Shown in pieces: positions 55,146 through 64,000 of a DNA stretch of 64,000 nucleotides. A program made the position numbers and the translations under genes. This DNA is from an uncultured Phycisphaerales bacterium. GTDB lineage: Bacteria > Planctomycetota > Phycisphaerae > Tepidisphaerales > Tepidisphaeraceae. Location of the stretch: assembly GCA_963844715.1 (NCBI GenBank), contig CAWJPJ010000006.1, positions 480,001 through 544,000 on the forward strand. Reading direction: 5' to 3'. Under the pieces are notes generated by a model, which was not told where the DNA came from, ran no database searches, and was given only the letters and a program-made list of their open reading frames with translations. The stretch's first letter is position 1. Every line of letters starts with the position of its first letter.

Positions 55146-55487
55146 ATGGACGGATACAGGCGGATGGCCGAGCTGCGCAAGGCCCGCAACATCACCCAGG
55201 TCCAACTCGCGCAGACGTTGGGCACGACGCAACGCGCCATCACCTACTACGAGAACGAAGCCGACTATCCCCCGGTGGACGCGATCATCAGACTGGCCGA
55301 CGCCCTGGGCGTCAGCGCCGATGAACTGCTTGGCATGAAGAACGGCAAGACGACTAAAGGAAGAAGCGAGCAGGACGATCCCAACGTGCGCCGGCTCTGG
55401 AAGAAGTTCCGCCAGGTCACGCGCCTGCCTCACAAGGATCAGCGCACCGTCATTCGTCTCATCAACTCACTGGCCAAAGCATCCTGA
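55146..55487 (+). CDS. XRE-family HTH transcriptional regulator
   Basis: LRKARNITQ.QLA..YYEN..LADALGVS.DELLG; C-terminal LP.KDQR.V..LI. Confidence 0.9.
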   Translation: MDGYRRMAELRKARNITQVQLAQTLGTTQRAITYYENEADYPPVDAIIRLADALGVSADELLGMKNGKTTKGRSEQDDPNVRRLWKKFRQVTRLPHKDQRTVIRLINSLAKAS

Positions 55488-55836
55488 ACAACCGCGGCTA
55501 AAAAAGAAGTGGGTTGAACGCTCAACACGCGCACGCCGGCGGGCGCGGTGGACCACTCGGTTTTTTCTTTAGCCGCCGATCCCGATTCAGCGGAAGCCTC
55601 AGCGCTCCGCTCTGGAGGTACCAGGGAATCATCGCCCTTGCACTCCATCGCCTCGTCATCGGCCCCCGGCGCTGCGCTCCTGGGCGAGGGCCGACGCCGA
55701 CGCGACGGAGCTACAGAAACTATGAAGCCGAGCCTTCCTCGGGACGTTGAACACGGAGCATAAAATCTCCGGTTATTACACGAGCTCACCCCGCGTGGGG
55801 CGGCTCAAACGTCATCCTTTGAGAAAGGACTCGGCC

Positions 55837-56911
55837 ATGAAGATTCTCGCCATCGATCTCGGTAAGAACAAGAGCGTTTTTGTGGATTACATCACCGATC
55901 ACGGCACGATGGAAGGCAAAGCCGCCGAACATGAGTTCGGCAAGGTGGCCACTGATCCCGCTGCCATTCACGACTTGCTCACCCACCGCGCCCCCGACCG
56001 CCTGGTGATTGAGGCGGGACCGGCGGCGGGATGGGTGCACGACCTAGCCGAAACACTGGGCATCCCGATCCAGGTCGCCAACGCCAACGACCAGCGTTGG
56101 CAGTGGAAGCTGGTGAAGAACAAGACCGACCGCACCGATGCCCTGAAGCTGGCGCAGATGTCGGAGATGGGATGCCTGCCGACGGTTCACATGCCGGCGA
56201 CGAAGGTGAGGCAATGGCGGTCGTTTATCGAATACCGCCACGGCCTGGTGGGCCGAAGAACCATGATCAAGAACAACATCCGCGCCATCTTCGAGCGCAG
56301 GGTTTGAAGCTGCCCGCCGGTGACAAAGCCTGGGCGGCGGCGGGAATCGTCGAATGGAGCAAGGCGGCGCAGGATGCGTCACGCCGGCGGAACAGTTGTG
56401 GCGTTTCCAGTTGCATGTGGAACTCAAGCTGCTGGAGGGATTGGAAGAACAGATCAGGCAGGTGGAATTGAAGCTGGCGGAACTGGCCAGGGCGGATCAG
56501 CGCGTCAGGCAATTGAGGACCGCCCCGTGGGTCGGCCCGCGCCTCAGCGAGGCGGTGGTCACGATCATCGACGATCCCCATCGTTTCAAGAGTGCCCGGC
56601 AGGTCAGCAGCTATTCGGGCCTGACACCACGGCGCTGGCAGAGCGGCGAAAGCGATCGCCAGGGCCACATCAGCCACGCCGGCAACCGCCTGCTGCGGGG
56701 ATTGCTGGTGGAGGTCGCCTGGCTGGGCGTGCGTGCCAACACCTGGATGAAGCAGGTGTATGAGAACGTCCGCCGCGGCAGCGACAAGCGAAAGAAGATT
56801 GCCATCGTCGCCGTGGCCCGGAGGCTGCTGGTCAAGCTGTGGGCCATGTTGCGCGATGGAACCGATTGGAAAGACCACGCGGCGGCGACGGGAATGCCGA
56901 CGCCGGCGTGA
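55837..56911 (+). CDS. IS110-family recombinase/transposase (one frameshift near 56300-56390)
   Basis: DEDD residues in IDLG, IEAG and KTD.TDA; C-terminal SYSGLTP..QSG, GN..LR, AVARRL. Confidence 0.92.
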
Positions 56912-56928
56912 TGATCGGAAGAAGGCAG

Positions 56929-58015
56929 CTAAAGAGGAAAGGTCAATGATGTTGCGTTGGCGTCGTAGGTGTAGGTGGTCTCGCCGCCATATTGATCATA
57001 CGAATCGATCTTCTGGCCGAGGGTGTTGTAGTCGATGTGAGAAGTCTGGACAGTCGGAGTGGGAGTGTAAACCGTGACGTAGTGAGGGTCACTGGTGTTG
57101 GTATCGACCTGAATTCCGGCAAGACCGCCGGAAGTCACCGGGAGGATGTTGGACGTGATGCCATTTTTTGTGCCGGTGTACGGCGTTATCACCTCATAAG
57201 TCGCCTGATATGTGTCGGTCAATCGGCCAGCCGAATCATAGACGCTGGTCGTACCGACCCAGCCGTTGACCGTCGCTCCCGTGGGAGAAGTCCAAGTCTT
57301 GTAAACATATTGAAGCACGGTCTGCCCGGCGGCGTTGTAGGCGTAGAACGTTTCCTGACCTGCTGCGTTGGTTGAGAACTCCGCGCACCGTACAACGCGC
57401 CAGCGTCAGGGACCCATTGCTCGGATGTGCCGTTGTATGTGTAATCACTCGTCCCGTAGTAGCCGTCCGTCGACAGCGTGGCCTCAAGAGCAGCGCCTGT
57501 GACTTGGCCGGAGGCGGTAATAATCGCCGTTACCTGCTGAGTTAGATCCACCTCACCCGGGGCCGTGTTCTGGGTAGAGTTCGTGTAGGTGTTCGCCGTT
57601 CCTTGCGCCAGCCAGGCGCCGGCCAGGGACGGGTCGGGTGCCACGCCGGTAAGGGAATAGAGCACATTTCCGCCGGCGGAATAGTCCGTGACGCTTTCAG
57701 ACTGAACGACGGGAGCGTAGCCGGTGCTCGGGCCGCTAATATCAACTTGAGTGAACTCCGGCTTCGCGACGTCGAGCGTTTGTGTAAAGTTGGGCGCGAC
57801 TGAAGTTGGGTCGAGACCTGACGGGTCGCCCAATCCCGCGTCAGCCAGGCTGTTGTCCGACGGCTCAGCCACGTATACGTAATCGAGGTAGTTCGTTGTT
57901 TTGATCGTGCCGCTGGAATCAACTTGCTGCGAAATGGACGAGACCAAACCATTTCCCGGATCGTCGGAACTGTTGGACGTATCAAATTGCTCTTGAGCCG
58001 TCCAGGAGTCGGCGG
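56929..58015 (-). pseudogene. Internal fragment of a large RHS/YD-repeat protein
   Basis: YDSAGR, YNTLGQ..YDQYG.ETTYTYDAN, YSAGGN repeats; no natural start or toxin tip; frameshift near 57370. Confidence 0.8.
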
Positions 58016-58220
58016 CGGGCTGCGCGGAAATCCTCCCTTTGGCTGGTTTATCGGTTGTCGTGCTTACATTCGTTGCGCAAGCTTACCAGCAATCCAAAAG
58101 CATTGTTATCTTGATGTTTTCGGGCTTTAGTCGGGGAGATGGAATACGTGGCTTTCTTATCCCTTCTTTAGTGTTGATAACCTATTTTATCTGTAGTACC
58201 GGCCGTGCTAGTCTGAAGGG

Positions 58221-58571
58221 GTGAATCCTCTGGATCAAAATGAAGATGGACTCAACTTCACGGCCGGCCGCGAGCATGGGGTCGTCCGTCGGCGCCGCCA
58301 CGCTCTCTCTCCCACCGAGTTCTGGAAGCTGGCCGACGTGCCTCCCGAAGCGGAGTGGTTCGGAAACATTCAAAATAAAAACACACGCCGAGCGTACCGC
58401 AACGATGTTCTAGAATTTATTTCCTTCACCCGTTTGAAGAATTCGGAAAGCTTGCGAACTGTCACGCGTGCCCATGTCATAGCATGGCGAAAAAGTTTGG
58501 AAGCACGGGAACTTGAGCCGGCGACGATCCGGCGGAAGCTTGCTGCCGTGTCGAGTTTGTACGAATCGCTG
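58221..58571 (+). pseudogene. Tyrosine recombinase N-terminal (SAM-like) fragment
   Basis: LADVPPEAEWF.NI.N.NTRRAY..D, TRAHVIAWR, ATIRRKLAAVSSLY; catalytic domain absent. Confidence 0.82.
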
Positions 58572-58957
58572 AGCACGCACAAGACTTCCACTGTGTGTTC
58601 GATGCGAATACCCCATTTCGCTTCATGCAAGCCGGTCGGCGTGTTGACGCGGATGCCTACGAATACCTTCTCGAATACTACAGCAAGTTTTTGTCATCAA
58701 CCACTGGCGGGACGCGAGCCGACGAAATCGTTCTAGCCCTGGGTGCCGCGCATCACGGCTTAGTGGTTTCAAATGACAGGTTCCGTCATTCCGACCAGCG
58801 TCGTCAACACCCTTGGATCGCTGATGATAGGCGCGTGCTGCGAGTTAACCGGGTCCGGGATTCCCTTTACTTCAATGGCCGGTTTCTCCGAATCTGCGGC
58901 ATTCAGGCTGCGATGAATCGCCTTGAGGCCGTGATCAATCGAAGATTCACGGTGTAG
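58572..58957 (+). pseudogene. NYN/Zc3h12a (Regnase)-like PIN ribonuclease, N-terminally truncated
   Basis: CVFDAN, GTRADEIVL.L......VVSNDRFR, PW; first catalytic DG.N segment missing. Confidence 0.6.
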
Positions 58958-59176
58958 GAGGTTCCGCCATGACACGATCTCAGAGCCCTGGTGCTTCGAG
59001 TCACCGGCCGGTGCCGGACGACGAACCAATTGAAATCATCGCGCACGCACTGTTGTTGATTAATGCGGGCACACCCCTCCGTTCCATGTGCCGAGAGCTG
59101 CGCGACTCGATGCGCTCCTTAGCCCGCCCGATGTTATGCAAGCGCACACAGCGCGGATGATTGAGGAGCAACAGAA

Positions 59177-59503
59177 ATGAAGAATATTCTTACATCCCGT
59201 GGTGTCGAGACCGAGTTGCTAGACCGGCTGACGCGGATCGAGGAATTGATGAACACCCTTGCCGGCAGGCAAATGGTCAAAGACTTTTACACTGTCGAGG
59301 AAGTTGCAAAGCTCATGAACCGCTCGGCCTATTGCGTCAGAGAATGGTGTCGGGGCCGTCGCGTTCACGCAACGAAAGCAGCGTCGGGGCGCGGGCGAAG
59401 CTGCGAATGGCGCCTCTCACATGCCGAATTGCAGCGGCTCCGCAACGAAGGGCTCTTGCCTCTCCTCAGAAAAAGCAACACGACGATGCGTGTTGCAAAA
59501 TGA
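59177..59503 (+). CDS. Excisionase-like helix-turn-helix protein
   Basis: KDFYTVEEVAKLMNRSAYCVREWCR.RR; GAGGAG RBS; adjacent to the integrase. Confidence 0.8.
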   Translation: MKNILTSRGVETELLDRLTRIEELMNTLAGRQMVKDFYTVEEVAKLMNRSAYCVREWCRGRRVHATKAASGRGRSCEWRLSHAELQRLRNEGLLPLLRKSNTTMRVAK

Positions 59504-59513
59504 AATGTCCAGA

Positions 59514-60734
59514 CTATTTTCCAAAAAGCAGTTTCATCGCCTGCCTTTCCTGGCTTGGGAAAAAATGACGATACCTGGCCTGCATTTCGGACGTTTGATG
59601 GCCTAACCAATAGTCGATCGTGCGCTGATCAATTCCTGCTGCCGCCGCGTTGCTGGCAAACGAATGGCGGAAGACATGCCAGCCCTTCAAATTTGCCCAG
59701 CGACTACCCTCAAGCGCCCAGGAAAATGATGCGTGATCATCTGCGGTGAGAGCGGCTCGTCCACTCGCTCGCAAAAGGCATACCGGCCGCCGGGGTAATG
59801 GCCGAACCAATCCTTCATCACGTTCATTAAAAGAGGCGACATCGGGACGGTACGGATCGTAAAATCTTTCGTCCGATCCCGCTTCTTTTCGCGTATCCGA
59901 ACAATCGCATTGCGGAAATCGAAATCCGTCACTTCCGCTCGTAATAGTTCGCCACGACGACTGCCGGTGTGAGTGATGAAAACGAACGCCGGATACAGAA
60001 AGCCGAAACGACTATGTTCCTTCACCCAGGTCAGGCACTCGTCGATTTGCGACAAATTGAGAAACACGCTTTCCCAGAGCCGACCCTTTTCTTCCGGTGA
60101 CAACCCACCTCTGTGTACCCGCTGCTCGATTTCATCTAACGTGATAAACGGCAATTTACTTTTTGTTTTTGGGAAAATCAGACCCGTCGTCGGCGCCGGG
60201 CCGCTGACCAATCCCTTCACGACGCCCCACCGGTTCCATACGCTACTAAACGAACCGATTTCTTTCTTTATTGTGACTTGGCTCACCGGTAAGCCGTTGC
60301 GTCCGATTTCCTTCGCACGACTGTCGACGTACCGCTGCATCACTTCCATCGTAATTGAGCGAACCCCGGTCCGTGGGCCAATTATCCGTTCCAAATGTCC
60401 GAGGTGGATCGTCTCAGTATAGAGCGTGCTTTTCTCCTTCGCGCCGGCGGTGAACTCCGCTCGGTAGCGACGGAAGAAAGTAGACAGCGTCACGGACTCC
60501 GCGACTTTCGGCTTGTCGGTAATCTTGCCGTCCGTAAGAAGAAACAGTCCGAGATTGCCGTCAGGCGGCGGCGCTAGCTTTCCCCGCTCCAGCAGGATTA
60601 AGTTTTCCTCTACGTGTCCGAGCAAGGCGTTGGCTTCGCGCTCGCTCTCGGTTTTCAAGGTCTGGTGGTAAGTCTTGCCGTTGTAGCGGAAAGCTGACAC
60701 GATAGTTGTCGCCCCGCTTTTCGATCCATGCCAT
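59514..60734 (-). CDS. Tyrosine integrase (two frameshifts)
   Basis: N-terminal arm-binding-like domain; HTGSRRGE (R), HVFRHSFAS (HxxR), WLGH, RY. Confidence 0.92.
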
Positions 60735-60771
60735 GGAACCTCCCCATGCAGATGCGACGCAATCGCAATAC

Positions 60772-60817
60772 TGCTCCCAAATTGCTCCCAAAATACATTG
60801 GACGGCCTTTGGGAGCA
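60772..60817. promoter_or_regulatory. Probable integrase arm-type binding sites
   Basis: TGCTCCCAA at 60772 and 60783; TTGGGAGCA at 60809. Confidence 0.7.
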
Positions 60818-60874
60818 AAAGCAGATTAGTCAATTTCTGTCTGCAATACTAACGAATTGAGTGTGGAAAAGCAA

Positions 60875-60945
60875 CTGGGGAACTAGGATTCGAACCTAGA
60901 CAAGCAGATCCAGAGTCTGCTGTGCTACCGTTACACCATTCCCCA
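60875..60945 (-). tRNA. tRNA-Gln (CTG)
   Basis: TGGGGAATGGTGTAACGGTAGCACAGCAGACTCTGGATCTGCTTGTCTAGGTTCGAATCCTAGTTCCCCAG. Confidence 0.95.
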
Positions 60946-61021
60946 AACAATCCAGCGCAGATCGGGCTGATCTGCGCGGCGTATTCTGATTTTACAGAAA
61001 TGGCTGGCCACTTGGCCAGAA

Positions 61022-61606
61022 TCAGCGCACGGTGCACGTACACAAAAGACCCGGTGATGAAGACGGGCGGATAGGGCTGCGGGCCCCAGTATGGGCCGTA
61101 GCCGTAGTAGTACGGGAAGACCCGCGTGAAATAGCAGGATTGCGGGAAGACCTGGCTGCCGATCTCCTCGGCCCAGCGAGGGTCAGGGGAGACATCTTCA
61201 TGTTGTCCAAATCCGACCCGGGGAGGAATGGGAAATAGACGACCAGCGTGATGCTCTGCCCCGGCGAGATGGACATCGGCTGAACCGGAACGCCCGCCGG
61301 CGGCAAAAAGTTGATCATCGAGCCGTCGCTCAAAACCAGTGTGCGCGGATCGAAGGTCATCATTTCCGGCGCGGTGTTCTGCAATTGGAAATGAACTTCC
61401 ACGGAGAACGGAATTCCCGCGTCACGATCGGCGCGGCGAACGCCTTCGACGGTCGCCCAAGCCGTCGCGGCGGGCGGCGCTTGAGGCTCGGTGGTTGGAA
61501 CCTGTGCGATCGCCGGCCTCGGCACGTAATCGTAGTCGCCGATGTAGGCGGAGCAGCCACCGGCTAAGAGCATCACACTGAGAAGGCATATTGAAATGCG
61601 AGACAT
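61022..61606 (-). CDS. Hypothetical lipoprotein (3' part frameshifted)
   Basis: LAGGC lipobox-like motif; beta-rich domain. Confidence 0.65.
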   Translation of the reverse strand: MSRISICLLSVMLLAGGCSAYIGDYDYVPRPAIAQVPTTEPQAPPAATAWATVEGVRRADRDAGIPFSVEVHFQLQNTAPEMMTFDPRTLVLSDGSMINFLPPAGVPVQPMSISPGQSITLVVYFPFLPGSDLDNMKMSPLTLAGPRRSAARSSRNPAISRGSSRTTTATAHTGARSPIRPSSSPGLLCTCTVR

Positions 61607-61643
61607 AGGAGCCTCCGTCATCCGACCGTTCCGGAGAATTTTT

Positions 61644-61761
61644 CCCCTCGCCCCATGTACTCCTTTAGTTTCGGCACGATGGGCAAGGGTGAGGGGCGAT
61701 TTTCGGTCTTCGAAAGCCGCCCCTCACCCTTGCCCTCTCCCCGGATTACCGGGGAGAGGGG
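61644..61761. repeat. REP-like double palindrome with altered left arm
   Basis: CCCCTCGCCCCATGTAC..GGGTGAGGGG..CCCCTCACCCTTGCCCTCTCCCCGGATTACCGGGGAGAGGG. Confidence 0.8.
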
Positions 61762-62443
61762 ATAAATGCTGGCGCAACCTCCTGTACGAGCCAACCGCAA
61801 AGCCGTCGTAACCCTTCGCGCCGACCGTTTGCATGGCGGTCGCGGTTACCCGGCGTTCGCGGGCGATCATTTCATTCAGCCGTCGAACGCCCTGCACGGC
61901 GGCGTCCGGGCTTTTCGCATTGATCACCTCGCCCTCGCGGACCACGTTGTCCACGACAATCAGCGTACCGCGCCGGGCGAGTTTCAGGGACCATTGGAAA
62001 TACTCGGCATTGTTGGGCTTATCCGCATCAATGAATACCAAATCAAACGGCCCGCGTTTTTCCTTCGCAAGGACTGGAAGAGTATCGAGGGCCTTGCCGA
62101 CGCGGATCTCGACCTGATCGGCCAATCCAGCGCGGCTGATGTTTTGGCGGGCGATTTCCGCATGGCGCGGGTCGGATTCGAGAGTCACGACGTGCCCGCC
62201 CGGCACTAGGCCGCGGGCCAGCCAGATTGTGCTGTACCCGCCGAGGGTGCCGATCTCGAGGATATTTGTGGCCGAGATGGCTTTGGCCAAAATCATGAGG
62301 AGCTTTCCCTGATTGGCCGACACGTTAATCGCCGGCAAACCTGCCGCGGCGCTGGCCTTCAGCGTCTCATCCAGCGCGGGATCGGGCCCGATCAATACAT
62401 CGACCAGGTATCGATCCACGGCGGACCATTGTTCTTCAGACAT
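61724..62443 (-). CDS. SAM-dependent O-methyltransferase
   Basis: LEIGTLGGYSTIWLA, FDLVFIDADK, DNVVR.G, TVGAKGYDG. Confidence 0.93.
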   Translation of the reverse strand: MSEEQWSAVDRYLVDVLIGPDPALDETLKASAAAGLPAINVSANQGKLLMILAKAISATNILEIGTLGGYSTIWLARGLVPGGHVVTLESDPRHAEIARQNISRAGLADQVEIRVGKALDTLPVLAKEKRGPFDLVFIDADKPNNAEYFQWSLKLARRGTLIVVDNVVREGEVINAKSPDAAVQGVRRLNEMIARERRVTATAMQTVGAKGYDGFAVGSYRRLRQHLSPLPGNPGRGQG

Positions 62444-62451
62444 AGACACCC

Positions 62452-63006
62452 TCAGCTGTTCACCGTTAGCATCGCCATCAGCCGGTCGTGCAAGCCGGAG
62501 CATTCCGCCGACAAAGTTCTCAGAAATTCCTTCCGCTGGGGGTTCCGCTCATGGTCGCGCAACGCATCGCACAAGGCCACCGCGTATCCCATCGCCTGCG
62601 CTTGGGTGAAGAGTAGGTGCAATTGGAATTTCTTGCCATCGGAAAAAAGAAGCTCCCGCGCAGTCAGGCTGGCGGTGATGTCCCGGCTGCGCTGTTCGAT
62701 TTCCGGAAGATTCGTGTCACCCAAATTCAGCGCCGGATCGGAGACCGAAAAAGATTGCAGCTTGGCCTGGGCGGCTTTGCAGGTATCACCGACTTGTCGA
62801 ACCAGGTCCCCCACCGAGTCCGGGGCGTGTTTGATGACGAAGATTTGCCCGACTTTCGATTCGTCCTTCATCAGGCCATAGAGAATCCCGTAGCCATCGA
62901 CTTGCTGTTGGAGGATCCCCGTATCCGGGGGCGCGGGCCTGCATGTACACGCATTGAGGAGGAAACCAATTAGAACAGCACCATACACGCGGCAGGTTCG
63001 GGCCAT
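62452..63006 (-). CDS. Hypothetical lipoprotein
   Basis: LNAC lipobox-like motif; helical, DUF4142/ferritin-like pattern. Confidence 0.6.
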   Translation of the reverse strand: MARTCRVYGAVLIGFLLNACTCRPAPPDTGILQQQVDGYGILYGLMKDESKVGQIFVIKHAPDSVGDLVRQVGDTCKAAQAKLQSFSVSDPALNLGDTNLPEIEQRSRDITASLTARELLFSDGKKFQLHLLFTQAQAMGYAVALCDALRDHERNPQRKEFLRTLSAECSGLHDRLMAMLTVNS

Positions 63007-63051
63007 CAATCGCTTATACCGATGTGAGTGCAATTCAGCCAATGGCTACAT

Positions 63052-63840
63052 TCAGACCTGCGTGGGCGGACTCTTGGACGAACTCTCCGTCTCCCGCTCC
63101 TTGATCCGGTCGCGCAAACGGGCGGCTTCCTCATAGCGCTCCGCGCGCACGGCTCGCTCCAGGTCATTTTGCAGCTTGGTCATGGGATCAATCGGCATCT
63201 TCTTGCGGATGTCCGCGCGAAACGCTTCAGCACCCGCACTTCGCTGGACCGATTAAAAGACTCCTCCTGCCCAAAGCGGGTGAAGAACATGCGAATCGAT
63301 TGGAGGCCCTTTTTGACGGCCTTGAGGGCGCCGGGGTAGTCCTTTTGATTGTAAGCCAGCGAGGCCTGCCCGCGCAGCGTTCATCATGACGATGTACGGG
63401 CGGTATTGCTCAAGGATGAGCCGGTCGTGTTCATCCGTGGCGTAGCGTCCGCATAAGTCGAGCACGCGCAGATTCCGCGCGGTGTCGCGGACCACGCCGG
63501 GGAAATCCTCCAGGACGAACAGGCTCAGATATCGATGATAGTACATCACCGCTTCGTCGCGCAGCGACTGGCATTGCTCGGCCGTCAGCTGAAAGCCCAG
63601 TTCCGTGCCGTTGCGCACGCGATGTTCATTGAGTTCGCGTTCGAAATAATCGAGCAGCGATTCGCACCCATAAGGCCGTGCGCCGTCGGGCCGGCCGGTC
63701 AGTTCCATCTGCAATAGCCCGAGGTCCAGGCGCATCTGCAGCTTGGGCTGGCCGTCCGCGCCGTTGATCTTGCGAACGTTGATGGTCCCAGGCTCGTAGT
63801 CCCAACCTCGCAAAACGCCGGCGATATCCTTATTCGGCAT
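63052..63840 (-). CDS. UvrB/UvrC (UVR) motif-containing conserved protein (frameshifted)
   Basis: QMRLDLGLLQME..GRPDG, YYHRY, RDT.RNL; last frame AVRAERYEEAARLRD. Confidence 0.85.
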
Positions 63841-63980
63841 TTTTCCCTCGTTGGGCGTGGGTGAACGACTCATTGCACAAACTCCCGAGATTCCTTTCAG
63901 TAGCCGGGTTCATTATAGCATCATTGCGCAGATTTTCCGTCGAACTTTTGGCGCGGGCGACAGGCTGCGCATTTTTACTT

Positions 63981-64000
63981 CTCCCCTCTCCCCGGTAATC
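63981..64000. repeat. REP-like palindrome, cut by the window edge
   Basis: CCCCTCTCCCCGGTAATC is the reverse complement of the 61743-61761 arm. Confidence 0.7.

Larger units (their letters stand above)
51932..60898. mobile_element. Decayed integrative island at tRNA-Gln (~9 kb)
   Basis: 27-bp direct repeats, tyrosine integrase next to the tRNA, Xis-like gene, IS and gene-fragment cargo. Confidence 0.9.

Noticed and set aside
58048..58170. HEPN-like RxxxxH motif (LRNECKH) on the minus strand
   Set aside because: It lies in a ~39-codon stretch between stops with no supporting context; likely chance, and the plus strand reads more like a membrane-protein fragment
2676..63840. Widespread pseudogenisation or programmed frameshifting in gnd, tig, ppk2, recQ, xfp, pgm, ackA and others
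   Set aside because: Single-base indels are scattered evenly, including in housekeeping genes, with well-conserved motifs on both sides; typical long-read consensus error
1..64000. CRISPR array or cas genes
   Set aside because: No run of equal-length repeats separated by unique spacers; repeats are palindromic or short-period, and no cas-like ORF was recognised

Overview
High-GC bacterial chromosome segment, most likely from a planctomycete (Phycisphaerae/Tepidisphaerales-like; inferred from gene style, a PEP-CTERM protein and lineage-type hypothetical proteins). Many genes are split by single-base indels, including housekeeping ones (gnd, tig, recQ, ppk2, xfp, pgm, ackA), which looks like long-read assembly error rather than pseudogenisation. 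Core content: typA (partial), FGGY kinase/gnd/glycogen debranching enzyme, tRNA-Arg(TCT), tig, hisS, IS630, TPR-glycosyltransferase, adk, ppk2, PEP-CTERM protein, recQ, a MIT-domain Vps4-like AAA ATPase, GH51 with a sugar ABC transporter, livKHMGF, PMM, M20 peptidase, an xfp-amylase-pgm-ackA cluster, two SCO genes and two glycosyltransferases. A ~9 kb decayed island is integrated at tRNA-Gln(CTG), with 27-bp att repeats, arm-type sites, integrase and Xis-like gene, IS21, IS110 and RHS/NYN/DUF6883 remnants. The most unusual signals are a 277-bp nested palindromic element with compensatory base changes upstream of typA, the Vps4-like ATPase, the structured region ahead of the IS110 recombinase, a shared 16-mer replacing the hairpin in two REP copies, and several short-period intergenic repeat families.
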